From the NCBI GenBank assembly GCA_964352875.1, contig CAYGTP010000001.1, positions 31,471-90,703 of the forward strand: a stretch of 59,233 bases of DNA, written 5' to 3'. How positions within the stretch are numbered: the stretch's first letter is position 1; each line of letters opens with the position of its first letter. A program made the position numbers and the translations under genes. Of the stretch, positions 8,214 to 16,130 are shown in pieces. The DNA is from an uncultured Candidatus Saccharibacteria bacterium (GTDB lineage: Bacteria > Patescibacteriota > Minisyncoccia > Phycocordibacterales > UBA918). Under the pieces are notes generated by a model. It had not been told where the DNA came from. It made no database searches and saw only the letters and a list, made by a program, of their open reading frames with translations.

Positions 8214-9197
8214 ATGTCCAAAAATCACCACACTCGCTTTGGTGCGTTCATCGCCCTGGCGGGGGTGGTGGCGTACGTGCTGTGTCTCTGGGCGCCACCG
8301 ATTGTAATTGAATACCTACGTGAAGCCCAGGCATTTCTCGCCTGGCTGTGGATCGAGGTCTTCAAAGAGCAATTCTGGCAGAACGTGCTTCTGGTGGTGA
8401 GTATCTGGTTCAAGAAGTCGATTGTAAAGTCGATTATCATGGCCATTCTCACGCCGATCTTGCTCGTAGTATTTCTAGTCGCTCTCTTTGACGCCCGTGA
8501 CCGGCGTCGCATTAGGGCGTTCAAAGCCAAGCAGGTACGTCGCGCCAAGCTGTGGTACCGGTACGTGAAAGGATATTTCTACCGCACTTTTGGGTACTAC
8601 GGGATCTTCGCGCTGTTGATCTCGATCGTTACCATGGTGTGGGCCGCCTTCACGGTCAGTTGGCAAGTACTGGCTTGGCTGGTGTCGCTCGGTCCAGTGA
8701 AGCAGATTGCCATGCGACTGTACTGGGTAGTGCAGCCGCTGGTTGAACTTATCTGGCCATACGTTCAGATAATGCTGCGCAACCTCTACCACAACGTGCC
8801 GGGAGTGGCGCGAATCGTGAATGGAGTGAGTTGGCTATGGCATCGACTCATCACCGGTTGGATACCAGTCGTCTCGTACTGGCAGCGCCGGATTGGACGC
8901 CGGTTCGTACGCTTCCTGGTGCGGCAACGCTGGGTACGTGGGTACCTCCACGCCCAAGCCCGAGCGCGGATTCAAGAGATCCGTGAGGCACGACGGCTTA
9001 AGACCGAAGCGCGGATGCTCGGAATCGACCCGGATGGTGTGCCAGGACAAGGCTGGCGTGGTCGTAACTACGGTATGCGCTACGAACGGAATGCGCGTTG
9101 CGTATCCGACCGAGCCTGGGCACGGCTCATGCTTGGAGCAAACCTCAAGCCGACCCTCTGGGAAGGGGCGACCGTTTGCGGCCGCCCACCCGTCTAA
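8214..9197 (+). CDS. membrane protein with a Trp/Arg-rich C-terminal tail (327 aa), architecture like 7183-8106
   Basis: AAAGGAGGG lies upstream of the ATG. It shares a basic loop followed by an FGxYG motif and transmembrane spans with the upstream gene, and has the tail WQRRIGRRFVRFLVRQRWVRGYL. Confidence 0.75.
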   Translation: MSKNHHTRFGAFIALAGVVAYVLCLWAPPIVIEYLREAQAFLAWLWIEVFKEQFWQNVLLVVSIWFKKSIVKSIIMAILTPILLVVFLVALFDARDRRRIRAFKAKQVRRAKLWYRYVKGYFYRTFGYYGIFALLISIVTMVWAAFTVSWQVLAWLVSLGPVKQIAMRLYWVVQPLVELIWPYVQIMLRNLYHNVPGVARIVNGVSWLWHRLITGWIPVVSYWQRRIGRRFVRFLVRQRWVRGYLHAQARARIQEIREARRLKTEARMLGIDPDGVPGQGWRGRNYGMRYERNARCVSDRAWARLMLGANLKPTLWEGATVCGRPPV

Positions 9198-9338
9198 CCG
9201 CCCGGTGAAGTCTTCACTGGGCGGTTTATCTTTGACTTTTTTAAAATAAGTGCTATAATCACGGACAGCGACCGTGAGGTCAAAAAAAGAAAAAACAAGA
9301 TCTTTGCGGTCTTCACAAAACAAACTAAGGAGAACAAC

Positions 9339-11801
9339 ATGGAAGGAACTTCCGTCACTCCGGTTCCGCCGGAGCCGACCGATGACCAGCCGACGCTGGT
9401 CGGACGTTTGAAAAAAGCCGGCCGCACGACACTGCCGTTTGCGGTTAGTGGCGCCGTCGTCCTTGGGTACGTCTTCGTGCCCTACGTCGAGCAGAGCCTC
9501 AACTGGCTTACGGCCATGGGGCTGATTGGCCTCTCGTGGTTATGGGCTAATGGCTACGCCATGCCGGCCCTCTGGGGCGTTCTCCTCTACCTGGTGAACG
9601 CCATCGCCGGCTTCCGCGTGCGGACCTGGTTCTACAACATGGGCCGCGTCCGCGACGAGGCCAAGTCCAAAAACCTCGGCCGAGGTTTTCTTCACTCCAC
9701 CGTGAGTGTCAACGACTTCATCGCTGCCGCTCTTGTCGGTGTTGGCTACACCTTCTACACGATCGTCGCCACCCCGACCGAAGTCGGTGTCGCATCGCCC
9801 ACGCTGTGGGATGTGCTCACCGGTTGGCGAGCTCACCTTGAGCTCCTTGAGGTATCGGGCGGCGTACTGCTCGGTATCTGGGCAGCGCCGTGGCTCGGGC
9901 GACTTCTGCTCGGCTTTCGGTACATCGCTACACTCGGTCGTCGGGTGCACTACGAAGAGTGGCGGGTGCTTGTCTGGACGCTGCGGCAGATCGCCACGAT
10001 CTATAGCCGCCTCTACGAGTGGGGTCACCTTGACGCGAAGCTCACCGAAGAGGAGGAAGCTGCCAACCGGCAGGCTCTCGGCATCGCCCGGGTGACCATC
10101 TACCCCTTCGCGTTTGCGTACAATACGCTGCGTGGAGTCGGATGGTTTCTGTTCGGTCGCCGGGAAACCTGGAGTGGCTCGCTTTTCAAGGTACTCACCT
10201 GGATCATCATCCTCGTGGTACTGCCCTGGACGCGCGAGCTCTGGGCGCCGGTTTTGGTCAAGGTCGTTAATTTCGGCCTGTACCTACCGATCATGTCGAT
10301 GGCGATTGCTACCTTGTGGGGAGTCTACCGACTTTTCCGCTGGGTTGGTAACCTCACTCGCCAGTCGTGGATTGGTGAAGCGCTCGGTGTAACCGCCGTT
10401 GCGCTGCTGGCGATCTTCATGGCAAAGCTGGCCGATGAGGTGAACTACTACACCCACCTCTACGCTCAGCATGAGTCACTGGCAATCGTGCCGGTGAATG
10501 GGGCGACGCTGCCGGTCATGGTAGAGCCGCGGCTGTATCCGCTGGCGGTGATGCGAGACGGGATGAATGCCAAGCTCGAAGCTGGCGTCACCACGGCCTC
10601 CAATCCGGCCTATGTGTCGGTGGGTGACAAGCAGATGTGGACGGCCATGATCGACCGGCTCCACCTCATGGAGCGGTGGGCGAAACCGGCGACTGATTTG
10701 TTCGCTCTGCCGGCAACCTCGACCAGCGTGACGTTCGGGCGTGACGAAGGTCAGCGCCAGAGTGTCTGCTTCGATGCTCACCCGCAGGGTGTCGCGGGGC
10801 GAAATGTCTACACTGCCGCGCATCGTCGCTTGCCGCTCTCGCGGTTGGCCACGCACGAGCCGCACGAAATGCGGCTGATGCAGGACGATGCTGGCCGCTG
10901 GGTGCAGGTGGTTTCGTTCGGCCGGTTTGCCGGATTCCCGCGGCAGAAGAAATTCGGTGGGGTGGTCGTGATTCCCCAATGCAACCAGTACCAGCAGGTC
11001 TGGCTGCAGGGCACCTGGCTCGGCTCACTGTGGCCGGCGGGTGCTGAGGCGATTGACGACGCCATCCCTTCGATGGTCTATCGCGAACTCTTCGGTCTCG
11101 GCACGTACGTGTCACCGGAAGAGATTGCGGCTGGGAAGTTCTCCTTCCTGACGGGGAACAACCTGATTGCCGAGGCGACGGCCAGGCGGATTGCGGAAAG
11201 CTTTCGCTTCCACCGGGACGTTTGGGCGCCGTTCTCGACCAGTCGGTCGGGTGACGTGCGGATCCCAGACTCGGTCACGGACCGCAACCATATGCCGCAC
11301 TTTGGTAGGTGGGTGGGGTTGTCGGACCGATCGGAGCCAGCGATGTACGCGCATATCGCGCTGCAGCCGTGGGGCGAGGGTGACACCTTGGCCTATGATC
11401 TATGGATCCCGGCTGATGGTGCGACTGACGCCGATGGCCGACCGATTGTGTACATGCTCGATGCTACGGCGGAGGGGATGGACACGATGGACGGACCGAC
11501 GGCGGTCGCGGCCAAGGTTCGCAACGCTTTGCCGGAAGCGGTGTGGGGTCGGTTTGAGATCGCTGAGGTAACCGCCTACAAGCGGGAACTCGGCGGCTCG
11601 GTGCGATCGCTCTATTTGGCTCGATTGGTCAGTAAGAGTAATCGTGACAGCCTGGTGTTTACCAGCGATCTCCGGATGTACGTGTATGATCCGGAGTTCG
11701 CTCAGGTGCACCAACTTACCGACCCGGACGCCGGTGAGGTAGCCTGGGACGCCGAAATCCTTGCCGCCTTCGGCAAAAAGTGGGGCGTTACCCTGAAGTA
11801 A
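9339..11801 (+). CDS. large membrane protein (820 aa): N-terminal multi-transmembrane region of about 370 aa plus an unrecognised soluble domain of about 450 aa
   Basis: TAAGGAG lies upstream of the ATG. The ORF is long and uninterrupted in high-GC DNA, and a terminator follows. Confidence 0.85.
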   Translation: MEGTSVTPVPPEPTDDQPTLVGRLKKAGRTTLPFAVSGAVVLGYVFVPYVEQSLNWLTAMGLIGLSWLWANGYAMPALWGVLLYLVNAIAGFRVRTWFYNMGRVRDEAKSKNLGRGFLHSTVSVNDFIAAALVGVGYTFYTIVATPTEVGVASPTLWDVLTGWRAHLELLEVSGGVLLGIWAAPWLGRLLLGFRYIATLGRRVHYEEWRVLVWTLRQIATIYSRLYEWGHLDAKLTEEEEAANRQALGIARVTIYPFAFAYNTLRGVGWFLFGRRETWSGSLFKVLTWIIILVVLPWTRELWAPVLVKVVNFGLYLPIMSMAIATLWGVYRLFRWVGNLTRQSWIGEALGVTAVALLAIFMAKLADEVNYYTHLYAQHESLAIVPVNGATLPVMVEPRLYPLAVMRDGMNAKLEAGVTTASNPAYVSVGDKQMWTAMIDRLHLMERWAKPATDLFALPATSTSVTFGRDEGQRQSVCFDAHPQGVAGRNVYTAAHRRLPLSRLATHEPHEMRLMQDDAGRWVQVVSFGRFAGFPRQKKFGGVVVIPQCNQYQQVWLQGTWLGSLWPAGAEAIDDAIPSMVYRELFGLGTYVSPEEIAAGKFSFLTGNNLIAEATARRIAESFRFHRDVWAPFSTSRSGDVRIPDSVTDRNHMPHFGRWVGLSDRSEPAMYAHIALQPWGEGDTLAYDLWIPADGATDADGRPIVYMLDATAEGMDTMDGPTAVAAKVRNALPEAVWGRFEIAEVTAYKRELGGSVRSLYLARLVSKSNRDSLVFTSDLRMYVYDPEFAQVHQLTDPDAGEVAWDAEILAAFGKKWGVTLK

Positions 11802-11834
11802 CCCTCCACACTCTGATCTCATCGTGAGATCCGC

Positions 11835-11868
11835 GCGCGCAGCTATAATGGCTGCGCGCTTTTCTTTT
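11835..11868 (+). terminator. intrinsic terminator of the 820-aa gene
   Basis: gcgcgcagc pairs with gctgcgcgc, followed by ttttctttt. Confidence 0.8.
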
Positions 11869-11882
11869 GTAGCGGTAACTAC

Positions 11883-11917
11883 GTAAAAACGCCCACGGAA
11901 TGAGTTCCGTGGGCGTT
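11883..11917 (-). terminator. intrinsic terminator of the 11926-12675 gene
   Basis: aacgcccacggaa pairs with ttccgtgggcgtt, and a T run follows on the minus strand. Confidence 0.75.
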
Positions 11918-11925
11918 GTATTGGG

Positions 11926-12675
11926 TTAGTGTGCCTGGAGTAACGCGCCGAACTGACTCGGCAACTCCTCGAGCAGTGACCACTCATTGCCCTTGGGTGT
12001 GTCACACCCGAGCGCTGCTGTCATGTAGGCGGCTGCGTTATCAGGTAGCCCGTTGTCGCGAAGGTGCTGGAAGGTGGGAGATGTTCGAATTGCTTGCTCG
12101 ATTGCTGGACCTTTTTCGGGCAAGAATGTCGCTAACAGGTCAGCAACCGGAGCTGACTGATGACCGTCGACTGCTTGGTGGGCATAAATCAGATCCAACA
12201 GCACATCAGTTCGCTTACTTTCGCTGATACTGTCACCGGCTCGGCCGAGCAAGTAGAGGCCGAGGTATTTTTGCGCCAAATGCTCCTCGGCCGACTGTGT
12301 ACGGTGACGCCGTGATTTCAGCAGTGTTAATCCTGCCCGCAGCAGCACCGAGCGAAGTAATGACTCGATTCTCTCGTCGAGGCCAATCGTACGATTGAAG
12401 CCAGCGGCTTGTTCGGCACTGAGTGAGGCCCGAGCGGCTTTTAACTGGACCGCGAACTGCACCACGGTGCGCAAGTCAGAGGCTCCACTGAGCGACTGTA
12501 CCAGACGAATGAGATCACTCGTATTCGTGTATCGACCCAGGTCCTCACTGAGTTTGTCTGTGGTTGCTCGCACATCAAACCCATGCTGCCACAAACGGTT
12601 CAGTAGGTAAGGCGCAACAACATTGCTACCAAAAAACTTCAGTGCCAAGATGGCTGTCGTGGTAACCAGTGCCAT
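11926..12675 (-). CDS. hypothetical, mostly helical protein (249 aa)
   Basis: GGAGGG lies upstream of the ATG. The ORF is clean. No family recognised. Confidence 0.75.
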   Translation of the reverse strand: MALVTTTAILALKFFGSNVVAPYLLNRLWQHGFDVRATTDKLSEDLGRYTNTSDLIRLVQSLSGASDLRTVVQFAVQLKAARASLSAEQAAGFNRTIGLDERIESLLRSVLLRAGLTLLKSRRHRTQSAEEHLAQKYLGLYLLGRAGDSISESKRTDVLLDLIYAHQAVDGHQSAPVADLLATFLPEKGPAIEQAIRTSPTFQHLRDNGLPDNAAAYMTAALGCDTPKGNEWSLLEELPSQFGALLQAH

Positions 12676-12816
12676 AAGACCCTCCTGTTGTGTCTGTAGT
12701 CATTAAACTATAATTTTATAATTTGTAAACAACATGAGGGTTGTGGTACATGCTTCAGTAGCTGAACAAAAAACCAGCCCACGGTAATCATCGTAGGCTG
12801 GCAGAGTGCTATGGAG

Positions 12817-13008
12817 TCACTCAGGCTGTGTCTGTGTGCTGTCGAGCGGTGGTCTGGAGACCACTCCACCACGTTTGATTTCGGTCAGGGTGAGTCGCCC
12901 CGCCTCAACTACCATGCCGGCAGTCATAAGGCGAAGCAGCCACTTAGCGACCAGAGGCGTCAGTTTCGTACCCGTAGCCACGGCCACGGGGATGAGTAGC
13001 ATCGGCAT
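12817..13008 (-). CDS. small hydrophobic protein s2 (63 aa)
   Basis: I chose the internal ATG at 13008 because AAGGAG lies 7 nt upstream and the start overlaps the stop of s1 (TGAtATG). The product begins MPMLLIPVAVATGTKLTPLVAKWLL... Confidence 0.5.
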   Translation of the reverse strand: MPMLLIPVAVATGTKLTPLVAKWLLRLMTAGMVVEAGRLTLTEIKRGGVVSRPPLDSTQTQPE

Positions 13009-13009
13009 A

Positions 13010-13183
13010 TCAGTTCTCCTTGGAGGATGAGTCTGCGGGACGATAGTGCGCGTCGCGGTAGGCAGCGGTCGCGACACCAATGGTGGTCGCGACGCCAAGC
13101 CAGCCGAGCAGGCCGAGTGCAAGTTGACGAGCGACTGTCGAATTGGCGATGGCTATGACAGGAACCAGAACTGGTGCAGGCAT
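13010..13183 (-). CDS. small hydrophobic protein s1 (57 aa, below the ORF-track cutoff)
   Basis: AAAGGAA lies 5 nt upstream of the ATG at 13183. The product is MPAPVLVPVIAIANSTVARQLALGLLGWLGVATTIGVATAAYRDAHYRPADSSSKEN. Confidence 0.5.
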   Translation of the reverse strand: MPAPVLVPVIAIANSTVARQLALGLLGWLGVATTIGVATAAYRDAHYRPADSSSKEN

Positions 13184-13251
13184 AACGTTTCCTTTCGTTA
13201 CTGTTGATGTGCTCTCTCTGTAGTATACACAAAAAGGTGCATTATTATGTC

Positions 13252-13284
13252 GGGCGCGAGCGAAGCTCGCGCCCTTGTTATTTC
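13252..13284 (+). terminator. GC-rich hairpin with a T-rich tail at the right edge of the island
   Basis: gggcgcgagc, loop gaa, gctcgcgccc, then ttgttatttc. Confidence 0.4.
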
Positions 13285-13394
13285 ATGTAATTCTGGTATT
13301 GTTGGCCACATCAACGCTGGGCAATAGCGCAGCGGGGAAGGCGAGCAAGCGTTGGCTAGCCAGCCGGATTTATCAGGGAGTACGTCACCGATTC

Positions 13395-13423
13395 TTGGTG
13401 ATACGGCTTCAAACAATTAAATA
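13395..13423 (+). promoter_or_regulatory. candidate promoter feeding leader element copy B and rpsN
   Basis: TTGGTG, a 17-nt spacer, then TAAATA. The -10-like box lies 4-5 nt before the 5' arm of the element, and copy A has TAATAA in the same position. Confidence 0.3.
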
Positions 13424-13427
13424 GAGA

Positions 13428-13524
13428 AGAGTAGGGCGATATGTTCGGTCTACGTCCGACGATGTGCTGGGAAGGCACATCTTAAGGACGTACTTTCGTA
13501 ATAGTCGCTACGCTCTTTTACTCA
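13428..13524 (+). promoter_or_regulatory. structured leader element, copy B (paired with 817-912)
   Basis: The closing stem pairs AGAG-TAGggCGA with TCGCTA-cg-CTCT. The inner hairpin pairs tacgtcc...gatgtgc with gcacatc...ggacgta. The 3' block 13495-13524 matches copy A and ends 3 nt before the rpsN ATG. Confidence 0.5.
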
Positions 13525-13527
13525 AGC

Positions 13528-13713
13528 ATGGCACGAACATCAATTGTGGTGCGCGCATCACGCGAACCTAAGTTCAAATGTCGAGTGGTACGACGGTGTC
13601 ATCTTTGTGGCCGCAAACGCGGGTACATGCGAGACTTTGACATGTGTCGTATTTGCTTCCGCGAAGCCGCTCACGAAGGACACATTCCAGGAGTTAAGAA
13701 ATCATCATGGTAA
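13528..13713 (+). CDS. rpsN: 30S ribosomal protein S14, short zinc-ribbon (type Z) form
   Basis: 61 aa with CxxC...CxxC ([20 protein letters not shown]). It directly precedes S8. Confidence 0.95.
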   Translation: MARTSIVVRASREPKFKCRVVRRCHLCGRKRGYMRDFDMCRICFREAAHEGHIPGVKKSSW

Positions 13714-14099
13714 GCGATACAGTCGGCGATTTTATTATTCGTCTTAAAAACGCGGGCATGGTGGGTAAAGATACGGTATCACTACCGTACTCTAATCTTC
13801 GCCACGCGATCGCGACAAAGCTCAAGGAAGTCGGGTACATCGAAGACACTGGAACAGCGTCTGAAGGTGTAAAAAAGCAGTTGTCAGTCAAACTCAAATA
13901 CGAGAACGGCCGACATGCTATTAATGGTGTCAAACGAGTCAGTAAACCAGGTCGGCGACTCTACACCAAGGTGAAAGATATTCACCCGGTAAAGTTTGGC
14001 AATGGGCACATGATGCTCTCAACCCCAGCTGGAATTCTCACTGACCAAGAAGCACGTGAGAAACACATGGGTGGTGAGCAGCTCTTTATAATCTGGTAA
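13707..14099 (+). CDS. rpsH: 30S ribosomal protein S8
   Basis: [13 protein letters not shown] and a C-terminal GGEQLFIIW are typical of S8. Confidence 0.97.
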   Translation: MVSDTVGDFIIRLKNAGMVGKDTVSLPYSNLRHAIATKLKEVGYIEDTGTASEGVKKQLSVKLKYENGRHAINGVKRVSKPGRRLYTKVKDIHPVKFGNGHMMLSTPAGILTDQEAREKHMGGEQLFIIW

Positions 14100-14101
14100 G
14101 T

Positions 14102-14635
14102 ATGAGTCGACTAGGAAAACTACCGGTTCAACTTCCGAGTGGTGTCACTGCAGAATTTGCAAATGATACTATGACGGTAAAAGGACCGAAGGGAACGCTC
14201 GTGCGCACAATGAAGAGTCGCCACGTAGCGTTCGACATCACTGACGGAGTCATTACATTGACGCCACAAAAGACTGATCAAGCCGCTGCGCTTTGGGGAA
14301 CCTACGCGTCACACCTCGCCAACATGGTGACTGGAGTGACAGAAGGTTTCACTAAAGTCTTGGAAATCGAAGGGGTTGGATACCGAGCGGAAATGAAAGG
14401 TACAACACTTGCCATGAGTATGGGATTCTCTCATCCAGTTGAGATGGCAGTACCAGAAGGCCTTACTACAGTAGTAGAAAAAAACGTCATCACTATCACC
14501 GGATCAGACAAAGACGCGGTCGGGCAGTTTGCTGCTAACGTGCGCAAGGTTAAGGAACCAGAGCCATACAAAGGGAAAGGTATCCGGTACCGAGGTGAAC
14601 ATATTATTCGTAAGCAAGGTAAGAAGGCTGTTTAG
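14102..14635 (+). CDS. rplF: 50S ribosomal protein L6
   Basis: MSRLGKLPVQLPSGV is typical of L6. Confidence 0.97.
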   Translation: MSRLGKLPVQLPSGVTAEFANDTMTVKGPKGTLVRTMKSRHVAFDITDGVITLTPQKTDQAAALWGTYASHLANMVTGVTEGFTKVLEIEGVGYRAEMKGTTLAMSMGFSHPVEMAVPEGLTTVVEKNVITITGSDKDAVGQFAANVRKVKEPEPYKGKGIRYRGEHIIRKQGKKAV

Positions 14636-14656
14636 TGCTTCTCCCATAAAATTTGT

Positions 14657-15007
14657 ATGAATAAAGCACAATACAAAACCGAAAAACGAGTTGTTCGCCA
14701 CAAGCGAATTCGAGCTCGAGTAAAAGGTACAGCTCTGCGACCTCGCCTTGCGGTATTTCGTAGTAACCGATTTGTCTACGCACAGTTGATCGATGATGAC
14801 GCAGGCAAGACATTGGCGGCGGTTGATTCACGCGACCAAAAAGGAGCAAACGGAACCGAACGAGCCACCGCAGTCGGTACAGCAATCGCTGAAGCGGCTA
14901 AAAAATCTGGAGTAACCGCAGTGGTATTTGACCGCGGTGGTTTTCAGTACCAAGGTATCGTTGCTGCGCTCGCTGATGGAGCTCGTGCAGCTGGCCTCAC
15001 ACTATAA
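14657..15007 (+). CDS. rplR: 50S ribosomal protein L18
   Basis: RPRLAVFRSNRFVYAQLIDD is typical of L18. Confidence 0.95.
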   Translation: MNKAQYKTEKRVVRHKRIRARVKGTALRPRLAVFRSNRFVYAQLIDDDAGKTLAAVDSRDQKGANGTERATAVGTAIAEAAKKSGVTAVVFDRGGFQYQGIVAALADGARAAGLTL

Positions 15008-15025
15008 ACCAAATTATTCTCAATT

Positions 15026-15661
15026 ATGACTACGGCAGAAGAAACAAAAACAACAGACGCTACCGCGCCAGTTACCCCCGCCCCAGCTACAGAAGCTGGA
15101 GCTGGAGAACAAACTGATGCGCGAACTGAGCGACCACGCCGAGGGGGAGGAGGAGCTGGTGGCGACCGCAATCGTCGCGCTCCTCGTCGCGCTCGTCGCG
15201 GGGGTCGCCGTGATGAACGTGCTCGCCCTGAGTACGATCAAAAAATTGTCAGCATCCGACGCGTAACTCGAGTTATGGCTGGAGGACGTCGCTTCTCATT
15301 TTCAGTAGCGATGGTGATTGGAGACAAGAAAGGAAAAGTGGGAGTAGGGATTGGTAAGGCTGGAGACACGCAGTTGGCGATTGAAAAGGCTGTGCGTGAC
15401 GCGAAGAAACACATGATCCAGGTGCCAATGAACAAAGATATGCACATTCCACATGACGTTCATACCAAGTATGCGTCGAGCGAGTTGATGATTATGCCAG
15501 CGCCGGGTCGTGGACTCGTAGCCGGTAGTTCGGTTCGTACGGTTCTTGAATTGGCTGGAGTCAAAGATGTAACTGCTAAGCTATTGTCTCGAACTAAAAA
15601 TAAATTGAACAACGCCCGCGCTACGGTCGAAGCCCTAAAGCAGCTTAAGACTAAGAAATAA
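15026..15661 (+). CDS. rpsE: 30S ribosomal protein S5 with an Arg/Gly-rich N-terminal extension of about 70 aa
   Basis: The S5 core is present (VVSIRRVTRVMAGGRRFSFSVAMVIGDKKG). Confidence 0.95.
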   Translation: MTTAEETKTTDATAPVTPAPATEAGAGEQTDARTERPRRGGGGAGGDRNRRAPRRARRGGRRDERARPEYDQKIVSIRRVTRVMAGGRRFSFSVAMVIGDKKGKVGVGIGKAGDTQLAIEKAVRDAKKHMIQVPMNKDMHIPHDVHTKYASSELMIMPAPGRGLVAGSSVRTVLELAGVKDVTAKLLSRTKNKLNNARATVEALKQLKTKK

Positions 15662-15663
15662 GT

Positions 15664-16113
15664 ATGCAATTACACGAACTACAACCGAAAAAAGCACGTA
15701 AAGTCGCCAAGCGCATTGGGCGCGGCGGTAAACGAGGAAAGACATCTGGTAAAGGACACAAGGGTCAGAAAGCCCGCGCTGGTAACAGTACTCGTCCAGA
15801 AATGCGAGAAATCATCAAGAAGCTACCCAAGCTCCGTGGGCATGGTGCAAACCGGGCTCGGACAGTGAATGCAGAACGACCAGAAATCGTTGCCATCAAT
15901 GTATCAGCACTCGAAGCCAAGCTTGATGCTGGATTTGAAGTAACACCAAAAACACTAGCTAAAGCTGGACTCATTGCGATGAAACGCAAACGAGCACCAA
16001 AAGTAAAGATTCTTGGTAATGGTGAAGTGAGCAAGAAGTTTACGGTAAAAGATTGTCAGGTATCTGCGAGCGCCAAAGTCAAGCTTGAGGCTGCTGGTGG
16101 GACTGTCGCATAA
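15664..16113 (+). CDS. rplO: 50S ribosomal protein L15
   Basis: MQLHELQPKK...GRGGKRGKTSGKGHKGQKAR. It starts 2 nt after the rpsE stop, so no L30 gene lies between them. Confidence 0.95.
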   Translation: MQLHELQPKKARKVAKRIGRGGKRGKTSGKGHKGQKARAGNSTRPEMREIIKKLPKLRGHGANRARTVNAERPEIVAINVSALEAKLDAGFEVTPKTLAKAGLIAMKRKRAPKVKILGNGEVSKKFTVKDCQVSASAKVKLEAAGGTVA

Positions 16114-16130
16114 GCGGTACAATATCGCCT

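Noticed and set aside
9540-12005. Many 60-200-aa ORFs antisense to or out of frame with the 820-aa gene, for example 9540-10028, 10476-10979, 10666-11115 and 11400-12005.
   Set aside because: Their Arg/Pro/Gly-rich, low-complexity translations are typical of off-frame reading of high-GC coding DNA. They lack ribosome-binding sites and are all nested inside one long coherent ORF.
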